Assembly (NCBI GenBank): GCA_963823555.1
Contig: CAWGMA010000004.1
Coordinates: forward strand, 412,974 to 476,973
Direction: 5' to 3'
From: Candidatus Eiseniibacteriota bacterium
GTDB taxonomy: Bacteria; Eisenbacteria; RBG-16-71-46; CAVPCR01
Length of the DNA stretch: 64,000 nt
Made by a program: the position numbers and the translations under genes. Position 1 is the first letter of the stretch, and the number at the start of each line of letters is the position of its first letter. Under the pieces are notes generated by a model. The model saw only the letters and a list, made by a program, of their open reading frames with translations, searched no databases and was not told the origin of the DNA. This document shows positions 56,398 to 64,000 of the stretch, piece after piece.

Positions 56398-57702
56398 GTG
56401 AAGAAGAACTACATCCTCGATACCAACGTGCTCCTGCACGATCCCGGTGCGGCGCTGAGCTTCGATGATAACAGCGTCATCATTCCGATTCAGGTCGTCG
56501 AGGAGATCGACCATTTCAAGAAGGAAATGAGCGAGCGAGGGCGGAACGCGCGCCAGATATCCCACTTCCTTGACAGCCTCCGTCACCAGGGGCACCTGGC
56601 TGAGGGCGTCCCCTTGCCCAATGGCGGGACCTTGCGCGTCGTGGTGAGCGGCGGCGAGGACGACGTTCCCGGTATCGGGCTCGACGGTACGGTCGACAAT
56701 CTGATCCTCGCGCTCGGACTCCATCTCAAGCGACGGGAGCCGATGATGCCGCTCGTCCTCGTCACCAAGGATACCAACCTGCGAATCAAGGCCGACGCCA
56801 TGGGTCTCATGGCCGAAGACTTCGAAGCGGGGCGAGTGCAGATCACGGAGCTCGACCGCGGTGACACCGAGGTCACGGTGGGACCCGAATTCATCGCTCG
56901 ATTCAAGGAGGCCGGTACATCGCCGTTGCCGGCCGGGACCTTCTATCCCAACACCTATGTCATCTTGCGTGCCGGAGATGGGCCGCGATCGGTACTGGCG
57001 CGCGTCAATCCTGCCGCCGAAGGACTGGAGACGCTCCGCGTGCCCGGTGAACCGGTGTGGGGTATCTCTCCCCGGAACAAGGAACAGCACTACGCGCTCG
57101 ATGCGCTCCTCGATGACCGCATCCAACTGGTCACCGTGATGGGGAAGGCAGGAACGGGCAAGACGTTGCTCGCCCTGGCAGCGGGTCTGGCCAAGGTGGA
57201 GACCGAGTCCCGTTATCGGCGGCTTCTCATCAGTCGGCCGCTGTTCCCGGTCGGCAAGGACGTGGGCTATCTTCCCGGCGGCCTCGAGGCCAAGCTGGCG
57301 CCGTGGATGCAGCCGATCCAGGACAACATGACGCTGCTCCTCGAGCGCGTCGGTGTGCGTGACGTGGGGCATGAGCTCGATCGTTTGCTCGGTACCGTGG
57401 TCAGCGTGGAGCCGATCACCTACATTCGCGGGCGGAGCATACCCAACCAGTATATTATTGTGGACGAGGCGCAGAATCTGACGCCACTCGAGGTCAAGAC
57501 GATCATCACGCGCGTCGGGGAGGACACCAAGATCGTCCTGACCGGTGATGTCTTCCAGATCGACAATCCCTACGTCGATGAGTCCTCGAACGGCTTCAAC
57601 TATGTCGTGCACAAGTTCCGGGATCAGGGAATCGCGGCCCACGTGGTCTTGCGGCGTGGTGAGCGTTCGGGGCTGGCGGAGCTGGCGGCCAACCTCCTCT
57701 GA
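56398..57702 (+). CDS. PhoH-like ATPase with N-terminal PIN domain (YlaK-type)
   Basis: PIN 'NYILDTNVLLHDPGAL'. Walker A 'GKAGTGKTLLALAAG'. Walker B 'YIIVDEAQNLT'. GTG start 8 nt after the LOG stop. Confidence 0.88.
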   Translation: MKKNYILDTNVLLHDPGAALSFDDNSVIIPIQVVEEIDHFKKEMSERGRNARQISHFLDSLRHQGHLAEGVPLPNGGTLRVVVSGGEDDVPGIGLDGTVDNLILALGLHLKRREPMMPLVLVTKDTNLRIKADAMGLMAEDFEAGRVQITELDRGDTEVTVGPEFIARFKEAGTSPLPAGTFYPNTYVILRAGDGPRSVLARVNPAAEGLETLRVPGEPVWGISPRNKEQHYALDALLDDRIQLVTVMGKAGTGKTLLALAAGLAKVETESRYRRLLISRPLFPVGKDVGYLPGGLEAKLAPWMQPIQDNMTLLLERVGVRDVGHELDRLLGTVVSVEPITYIRGRSIPNQYIIVDEAQNLTPLEVKTIITRVGEDTKIVLTGDVFQIDNPYVDESSNGFNYVVHKFRDQGIAAHVVLRRGERSGLAELAANLL

Positions 57703-58099
57703 TCTCGATGCGGACCCGGCGCCAAGCGCCGAACTTAACAGGCGAATGGTAGATTCCTCTCGGCCGCCGGGTCGACCTCGCTACGCACCGCGTTTCCGGG
57801 CGTTATCCACAGCTTCTGTGCCGGGTTGAGCCCGGATTGCGCATGCAAGAGAGATTCCATCCACTGTTTATCCACCGCTGGCTTCGCGACGGATGGTTTC
57901 ACCGCATGTACATGCGCTTTTTCGTTGACCTGACGCGAGTCCGGCGGTATTTTACGCACGGGTCGAGTGAGACCCGAGTTCGCGCGCCGACCCTCCCTCG
58001 GGAGGAGGCGCAAAACCCCAGGAGGGGCGGCGGTCTCGCGAGAGATCGCCAACCTCGGTGCCACGAAGACTCCGAGGGGCAGGGTAGGACCGCTTCGGC

Positions 58100-58760
58100 G
58101 AACCCACCTGAAGCCCGGGGGAGGATGATCCGCAAGGGTCGCGGCGCCCGAGGCCATCAACCCCTGAAGGGGAGGAAACCCAGGGAAGCCAGTGTGCTGG
58201 CTCATGGTCTAACCACTGTGAGCAGGCTGCCACCCTCCGGGGGGATCAAGACCCGGGAGCCGAGCTTCGGCCAACGGCAGGCGGGTAGAGCAATCGCCGA
58301 CGAGGCGAAGGCGATCTCCGGCAGGGAAGGCTTCGAAGGGCGAAAAACCTGCGAGCGCCACCGGGATGAAACAAGCCCGGACGGGTCGGGAGGAGTAAGC
58401 CGTCAGGAGGGTGAGAAACCCTGAAGGCGGAACGTTCGGGCGAGGCAAACCCGGACCGTGGACTCCCGATACCTCGAGCGCTGAGAGGGGAGAAACCTCA
58501 GGGGAGCAGTCGATCACTGGAGACAGGGTCGACGGCCCAACCTGGTGAACACTCTGAAGGGAAGCGAAAGCTCAAGAGAGGCTAGCTCACCGGATTCAAT
58601 CGCGGACCGGTTGGCGCCGAGGGCGAGGAAGCCCCGTCGAGTGCGGTTCTACAAGGAGCCGTTCCCGGGGTGCCCGGTAACCAGTAGCCGGGCTACGAAC
58701 CCTCGTTAGACTCTGAAGGGCAACGTAATCCCATGAGAGGAGGTCCGTCGGTGGTGACAC
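58100..58760 (+). other. Candidate structured non-coding RNA / long leader region
   Basis: The region lies within a ~1.19-kb interval with no credible ORF. Six copies of a GAAACC-CUGAAGG-like motif. Multiple UUCG/CUUCGG hairpins (CCGCTTCGGCG, GCCGAGCTTCGGC, CTTCGAAG). Local GGGAAGCC...CCACUGUGA string. Confidence 0.25.
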
Positions 58761-58889
58761 CGGCGGGCGGCCAGGGTGAGGCCCAAGGCTCCGGAGGGGA
58801 AAGCGAACCGACTCACTCGGCCCGTTTTCTTTTCTGCCGTTGGCTCGAATTCCGCCTGATCCTCACCTTGCGTCACCCCTCGGTTCTCC

Positions 58890-61325
58890 ATGACTGTGCA
58901 ACTCCAGAAACACCTGTTGATCGCACGGCATCCCGGGTGGGGGGCACGGGTCATCTTGACCGCCATCGTCCTGGTTGAGGGCTTGCTCCTGGGCGGGAGC
59001 CCGGCCTGGGCCCGGAGCGGTGATCTCTTCGATGACCGGGTGGTGGGGATCGTGGAGGCGGTCATGGACCCCGCCGATCTGGCTCGCCTCCTGGATCCGG
59101 ACAACGCCGAGAGCAACGAGTACCTGCCGGCACGGGTGCGGGTGCGGCATGGCGATCTCGATGAGCGCTTCCCGGGAGCCGGTCTCCGCCTGCGAGGCAA
59201 CTACAGCCGGTATGCCCACAAGAAGGGCTTCAAGATCGCCCTCCATGCCTTCGAGCCGGGAGCCGAGATCGACGGAATCTCGAAGCTCAACCTGGTCGGC
59301 GAACACAATGACCCATGCATCGCGCGCGAGAAGATGGCGTTCGATGCACTGGCGGCGATCGGTGTTCCAGCCTCGAGAGTGAGTCACGTCCGCTTCTATC
59401 TGAACGGCGAATACCGGGGTCTCTACCTCCATGTCGAGGAAGTGGACGAAGCGTTCCTCGAGCGTCGTTTTGGATCCCCCTCCGGAAACCTCTACAAATG
59501 CCAGTATGTCAACCGCAATGCCAGTGCCGATCTCGTCTACCGGCAGGCGGAGGACTACGAGACACTCGGCGACGCCGACAAGCCGGTCTACGAGCTCACG
59601 TCCGACCGCCGCTCCGATTCATTCACGGACCTCGCGGAGCTCATCGCGGTCATCAATCGCACCCCGGACGAGCACTTCGTCCGCGAACTCGAGCGCGTGT
59701 TCGACGTCGAGGCCTTCCTGGCCACCATGGCCTTCGACGCCCTGAGCGGCAGCTGGGACGGCTACTGGGTTGGCGCCAACAATTACTTCCTGTATCACGA
59801 CCCCTTGCTCGGAAGGTTCCGCTTCATCCCGCGCGACCTCGACATGACCTTCGGTCTCAACACGATCAGCAGCATCGACTACACGGAAGTCAACATCTAC
59901 CGACTCGGTCGCTTCGATAGTCAGCGGCCGCTCGTCTGGCGGATGCTCGAGGAGGATCACTACCGGAACCTGTTCACCTTCTACGTGGAGAAGCTTCTCG
60001 CCGGCCCCCTGGATCCCCAGGTCTTCGCCGACCGGGCCGAGGAGTTGCGCACGCTGATTCGACCGGCGGCTCTCGATGACACGTATCGTACCCGCGACTT
60101 TCCCGAGCTCATCGACTACGAGGCCTTTGATCGCGCCTATGATGAGCGACTGGGCGGGCATGTGCATCATGGGCTCAAACCGTTCATGGCGGATCGGGCG
60201 GCGAGCGCGCGCCTGCAGATCGACTACGAATCGGCCCCGCCGGCGATCTGGGGCGTGGCACCGCAGTGGGGACTTCTCGCTCCGGCGGCTCCCATGACCT
60301 TCCGGGCGGGGGCTTTCGATCCCGGAGGCCTGGATCGGGTCGAGTTCCATCTCGACGTGGGCCAGGGGTTTTCATCCTGGCCCATGCGTGACGACGGGAT
60401 CAGTGGTGATGGTGCGGCGGGAGACGGGATCTGGGGCGCTGAAGTTCCAGGAGCCCCGGCCGGGGCTCGCGTCCGCTTCTACATTGCGGCTCGCGATCGA
60501 TCCGGGTACCTGACGCGCTTTCCCGCGCGCGGGGGGGAGGATGCCATCGAGCTCGAGGTCCTCCGCGACGGCCCCATCATTCTCAACGAGCTCATGGCTC
60601 GGAACACGACGACGATCGGAGATGAATGGGGAGAGTTCGAGGACTGGATCGAGCTCTGGAATCGCGGCCCGGCGGCGGTGGACCTGGGCGACTATCGGTT
60701 GACCGACAACCCCGCCGAACGCGATGTCTTCGCGCTCCCCGCGCTCCGGGTGGAACCCGGCGAGCGGGTGCTGGTCTGGGCGGATGGCGACGACGATCAG
60801 GGAGCCCACCACGCGCCGTTTCAGCTCGATGCGGACGGCGAGTGGATCGGTCTATTCAAGACAGCCGGTGGCGGTCGCTTCGATGCCATCGATGCCGTCC
60901 GGTTCGGCTCGCAGGCCGCCGATGAGAGCCATGGGCGAGTGGCGGATGGCGACCCGACCTGGGCGACCGTGCATCCGACGCCCGGGGCGCCCAACTCGCC
61001 GCAGGCCGTGGAACCCGGGTCGATGCCAGGGGATGGCGTCCCAGCGCCGCAGCTTGAGTTGCACTGGGTGCGGCCCAACCCGGTCCGCGACGAGTCGCTG
61101 ATCCGCTTCGATCTCCCGGCCGGAGAGAGCGGCACGATCGATATCGTCGATGTCCACGGCCGGATCCGCCGGCAGCTTGTCGTGGACCCGGTGGCTGCGC
61201 GTTCGCAGGCGGTGTGGTGGAACGGACGCGACGGAGATGGGCGGCGCGTGCCCTCGGGTATCTATTTCCTCCGCCTGACCGCTGCGGGCGAGTCCCGGAC
61301 GACGACGCTCGTGGTGATCCGGTAG
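58890..61325 (+). CDS. Secreted CotH kinase-like protein + lamin-tail domain + FlgD-Ig-like/T9SS-type C-terminal domain
   Basis: Signal peptide 'ARVILTAIVLVEGLLLGGSPAWA'. CotH-like 'RVRVRHGDLDERFPGAGLRLRGNYSRYAHKKGFKIALHAF...LNLVGEHNDPCIAREKMAFD'. LTD 'IILNELMARNTTTIGDEWGEFEDWIELWNRGPAAVDLGDYRLTDN'. C-terminus 'WNGRDGDGRRVPSGIYFLRL'. Confidence 0.8.
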   Translation: MTVQLQKHLLIARHPGWGARVILTAIVLVEGLLLGGSPAWARSGDLFDDRVVGIVEAVMDPADLARLLDPDNAESNEYLPARVRVRHGDLDERFPGAGLRLRGNYSRYAHKKGFKIALHAFEPGAEIDGISKLNLVGEHNDPCIAREKMAFDALAAIGVPASRVSHVRFYLNGEYRGLYLHVEEVDEAFLERRFGSPSGNLYKCQYVNRNASADLVYRQAEDYETLGDADKPVYELTSDRRSDSFTDLAELIAVINRTPDEHFVRELERVFDVEAFLATMAFDALSGSWDGYWVGANNYFLYHDPLLGRFRFIPRDLDMTFGLNTISSIDYTEVNIYRLGRFDSQRPLVWRMLEEDHYRNLFTFYVEKLLAGPLDPQVFADRAEELRTLIRPAALDDTYRTRDFPELIDYEAFDRAYDERLGGHVHHGLKPFMADRAASARLQIDYESAPPAIWGVAPQWGLLAPAAPMTFRAGAFDPGGLDRVEFHLDVGQGFSSWPMRDDGISGDGAAGDGIWGAEVPGAPAGARVRFYIAARDRSGYLTRFPARGGEDAIELEVLRDGPIILNELMARNTTTIGDEWGEFEDWIELWNRGPAAVDLGDYRLTDNPAERDVFALPALRVEPGERVLVWADGDDDQGAHHAPFQLDADGEWIGLFKTAGGGRFDAIDAVRFGSQAADESHGRVADGDPTWATVHPTPGAPNSPQAVEPGSMPGDGVPAPQLELHWVRPNPVRDESLIRFDLPAGESGTIDIVDVHGRIRRQLVVDPVAARSQAVWWNGRDGDGRRVPSGIYFLRLTAAGESRTTTLVVIR

Positions 61326-61359
61326 CGCTCTGCCCCCGCTGCGCCGGCCGGGGTCTGGC

Positions 61360-62877
61360 TCAGAACCCGCCTGCGGTCCGCCGCTCCCCGTCGATGCGGG
61401 CGGCATGCACGCTCACCAGCTCGAGCGCACGGCGCACGTGGCGTTCCGTGGTCCGTATGTTGCCGATCGCCATCCGGAGCGTCGTGCGGCCGCGGAGCGC
61501 CGTATGCGAGAGCATGACTTCCCCGCTTGCGTTCACCGCATCGAGCGTGGCGGTGTTGAGCGCGTTGAGGTGTTCGCGCACGCGAGGATCGTCCTCACGA
61601 CCGCGGAGATCTTCGGGCCGGGCACGGAAGCAGACCGTCGACAGCGGAGTGGGGGCCAGCCGTTCCAGATCCAGTGCGGCATCGATGATCGCAGCCGCCA
61701 CCTGGGCTAGACGCAGGTGTTCGCGAATGCGCGCCGTCAGCCCGTCCTGACCGAAGGCTCGCATGACCATCCACAGCTTGAGGGCGCGGAAACGCCGGCC
61801 GAGAGAGATGCCCCAGTCCATGAGGTTGGTGACGCCTGACTCGCTCGTGCGCAGGTACTCAGGGACGAGGCTCGTGGCCCCGGTCAGGATCGCCGGATGC
61901 CGGCAGTAGAGCGCCGAGCAATCGATGGGTGTGAAGAGCCACTTGTGTGGGTTCACGATCAGCGAATCGGCGCGCTCGCATCCGGCGAGGATATGGCGCA
62001 TCTCGGGGACGATCGCCGCCGTCCCGCCGTAGGCGGCATCGACATGAAGCCAGAGTTTCTCACGGGCGCAGATGTCGGCGATCGCCGGCACCGGGTCGAT
62101 GGAGGTGGTCGAGGTGGTGCCCACAGTGGCCACGACTGCGAACGGGCGCCGGCCCTGGGCGCGGTCGGTGGCGATCCGGCGATCGAGATCGGCGACGTCC
62201 ATCCGGTAATCGCCGTCGACGGCGACCTTCGATACCTGGTCCAGACCGATGCCAAGGACGATGGCGGCCTTGTCGATCGAGGAATGAGCCTCGCTCGAGG
62301 TGTAGAGCACGAGCGGCGCCTGATCGGGGCGCCCGAGAAGGCCGCGCGTGCGTACTGCGAGGTCGGGCACCGCCTCGCGCGCGGCGGTGAGCGCGGTCAG
62401 GCTCGATGCCGACGCTGTGTCCTGGATGGCCCCGGCGAAATCGGGCGGCAGCCCGATGAGTTCACGGAGCCAGGCCAGCGTCACTTCCTCGAGCTCCGTA
62501 CCCGCAGGTGATGTGCGCCATAGCATGGCGTTCACGTTGAGTGCGGCGGCGAGGAGCTCGCCGATGATTCCAGGCACCGATCCCGTGATACCGAAATAGG
62601 CCATGAATCCGGGGTGGTTCCAGTGCGTCACGGCGGGCACGACGAGTTGCTCGAAGTCGGCGAGGATCCTGGCGAGCGGTTCGCCGCGCCGGGGCGCGTG
62701 GGCAGGGAGGTGGGCGGAGAGTTCACCGGGTTGGACCTGCGCCAGCACCGGGAAGCGTTCGGGATGGTCGAGGAACCCGGCGATCCAGGCCAGTGCCTCT
62801 TCGCCGGCGGCCAGGAACTCCGCCGTCGGCAGATCGCCGGTCTCGATCTCCGCGCGTCCGCCGGCCTCGTCCATCAT
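61360..62877 (-). CDS. Group II PLP-dependent amino-acid decarboxylase (aromatic-L-amino-acid / tyrosine / diaminobutyrate decarboxylase family)
   Basis: 'SLIVNPHKWLFTPIDCSALY' (PLP-Lys in NPHKW). 'HVDAAYGG'. 'TSSEAHSSIDKA'. Start set to ATG 62877 (MMDEAGG...), since the ORF-track start 62955 overlaps selD by 68 nt. Confidence 0.85.
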   Translation of the reverse strand: MMDEAGGRAEIETGDLPTAEFLAAGEEALAWIAGFLDHPERFPVLAQVQPGELSAHLPAHAPRRGEPLARILADFEQLVVPAVTHWNHPGFMAYFGITGSVPGIIGELLAAALNVNAMLWRTSPAGTELEEVTLAWLRELIGLPPDFAGAIQDTASASSLTALTAAREAVPDLAVRTRGLLGRPDQAPLVLYTSSEAHSSIDKAAIVLGIGLDQVSKVAVDGDYRMDVADLDRRIATDRAQGRRPFAVVATVGTTSTTSIDPVPAIADICAREKLWLHVDAAYGGTAAIVPEMRHILAGCERADSLIVNPHKWLFTPIDCSALYCRHPAILTGATSLVPEYLRTSESGVTNLMDWGISLGRRFRALKLWMVMRAFGQDGLTARIREHLRLAQVAAAIIDAALDLERLAPTPLSTVCFRARPEDLRGREDDPRVREHLNALNTATLDAVNASGEVMLSHTALRGRTTLRMAIGNIRTTERHVRRALELVSVHAARIDGERRTAGGF

Positions 62878-62887
62878 GCCGTCCCGT

Positions 62888-63934
62888 TCATTGGACTTCG
62901 ATCCAGGTTGCTCCGCGCGGCACGACCTCGCCGATGCGGGATGCCCGGGGCGCACCGCGTGCGGCGAGTGCGGCCTGGAATGTGCCTTCGCCGGCGGGGG
63001 GGAGGCTCACCAGGAGTCCACCTGAGGTCTGAGGGTCGAAGAGCAGACGCTGGTCCGGAGCATCTCCCAGCTGCACATGAGGGGCCAGCGCCGCGGCGTT
63101 GTCCTTGAGGCCGCCAGGGAACACGCCCTCCCGGAAGAGCTCCAGGGCTCGCGGCAAGGTGGGGATCGCCTCCCAGCGCAGCCGGAAGGAGACGTCCGAT
63201 GCCCGGGCCATGCTCACTGCGTGGCCGAGGAGCCCGAAGCCGGTGATGTCGGTGGCCGCATGCGCTCCGGCCTCGACCATGGCCGCCCCGGCGTCCCGAT
63301 TGAGGGTGCGCATGGTGCGAATGAGCACCCCAGTGGTTTCCGCGTCGAGGCGCTCGCGCTTGATCGCGGTGGAGAGGATGCCGGTCCCGAGCGGCTTGGT
63401 GAGCAGGAGCACGTCGCCGGGACGGGCTCCCCGGTTGCGCACGATGCGCTCCGGATGGATGCGGCCGGTGACGGCGAAACCGAACTTGAACTCGTTGTCC
63501 TTGACCGTGTGCCCGCCGAGGAGAGCCACCCCTGCTGCCATGAGCACTTCCTGTGCGCCCAGCATGGTCTCGACCAGCACCTCGAGCGGCAGCCTGGTGT
63601 TGGGGAAGCAGACGACGGCGAGGGCCGTGGCCGGTTCTCCACCCATGGCATAGCAGTCGCTCAGGGCATTGGCCGCGGCCACGGCGCCGAAATCGCGCGG
63701 ATCATCGACGATGGGGGTGAAGAAGTCGATGGTCTGGACAAGCGCCAGCTCGTCCGACACGCGGAACACCCCGGCATCGTCCCAGGTCTCGGTGCCCACC
63801 AGCACATCCGGATTGGGTGGGGGCGTCGGCATCCGGGTGAGGATACGGGCTAGATCCTCCAGCCCGAGCTTGGACGCTCAGCCGGCGCACTCGACCATGG
63901 CGGTCAGTTTCTGCTGGATATCGTCGCGGGTCAT
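62888..63934 (-). CDS. selD: Selenophosphate synthetase SelD (selenide, water dikinase), selenocysteine-containing form with in-frame TGA at 63878..63880
   Basis: ORF-track ORF 62888..63832 matches SelD from 'DVLVGTETWDDAGV' onward ('DFFTPIVDDP', 'GGHTVKD', 'TDITGFGLLGH'). Extending the same frame upstream reads through a TGA to ATG 63934, giving 'MTRDDIQQKLTAMVECAG-U-ASKLGLEDLARILTRMPTPP...'. This is colinear with the E. coli SelD N-terminus 'LTQYSHGAGCGCKIS' (Sec at the Cys17 position, Lys conserved). The next upstream in-frame stop is TAG at 63947..63949. A stem-loop CGGGCU-ggaggaucu-AGCCCG begins 11 nt 3' of the UGA. Confidence 0.8.
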
Positions 63935-64000
63935 CGCCCGCAGAGCCTAGGCGGCCCGAGGCGGGGTCGCAAGAGGCATTACTGCCCCTCCCTCCGGGTC

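Noticed and set aside
57837-58424. 195-aa ORF in the large intergenic region, and the possibility that the region is tmRNA, RNase P RNA or a CRISPR array
   Set aside because: The ORF is Arg/Gly-rich without codon-usage support. The region lacks tmRNA hallmarks (tag-peptide ALAA-stop, 3' CCA-arm T-loop GGTTCGAATCC). It lacks the RNase P conserved blocks (GGAAAGUCCGGGCUCC, ACAGAACCCGGCUUA). The repeats are short and irregularly spaced, unlike CRISPR.
62878-62955. Upstream start (62955) of the PLP decarboxylase ORF
   Set aside because: It would overlap selD by 68 nt. The first 26 codons are low-complexity 'MRPGHPASARSCRAEQPGSKSNERDG'. The ATG pair at 62877/62874 gives a 10-nt intergenic spacer.

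Overview
This is a high-GC (~70%), densely coding bacterial chromosomal segment with about 45 protein genes on both strands. I found no rRNA or tRNA genes, no CRISPR array, and no transposase or integrase. Six proteins end in a conserved ~80-aa FlgD-Ig-like / T9SS-type C-terminal sorting domain (consensus 'NPFNP...IxYxL...VxLxIYDxxGRxVRxL...WDGRDxxGxxxxSGxYFYRL'), so the source is probably an uncultivated FCB-superphylum-like lineage such as Eisenbacteria or Gemmatimonadota; that placement is inference only. Main content, in order: a Fis-like gene; an ECF sigma, zinc-finger anti-sigma and beta-helix protein cluster; an orphan sigma-54 response regulator; a five-gene extracytoplasmic cluster (three modular CxxC / DDDG-domain secreted proteins, a TlpA-like thioredoxin and an outer-membrane barrel); two CotH-kinase plus lamin-tail-domain secreted giants; a subtilisin S8 peptidase; LigD; an Arc/SPFH pair; DUF378; fasciclin; a CarH-type B12 photoreceptor regulator with a SRPBCC-epimerase fusion; MalQ; class II fumarase/aspartase; a sensor kinase with its sigma-54 regulator; bacterioferritin; M16 and M1 zinc peptidases; a beta-propeller glycoside hydrolase; PckA; a pseudopilin-like/TPR pair; an orphan E1-alpha; LOG; PIN-PhoH; a PLP decarboxylase; and a selD that is a selenoprotein. 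The selD carries an in-frame TGA (Sec) codon, so the ORF track truncates it. Other points worth a second look are the modular redox-linked secreted cluster, a ~1.2-kb ORF-free GC-rich region with repeated CUGAAGG motifs and UUCG hairpins upstream of the second CotH gene, an AT-rich island with a sigma-54-like element upstream of the sensor kinase, and the B12 photoreceptor with canonical Wx9EH and ExHxxG motifs. Many ORF-track entries are antisense shadow ORFs (Arg/Pro/Gly-rich) typical of high-GC DNA and were rejected.
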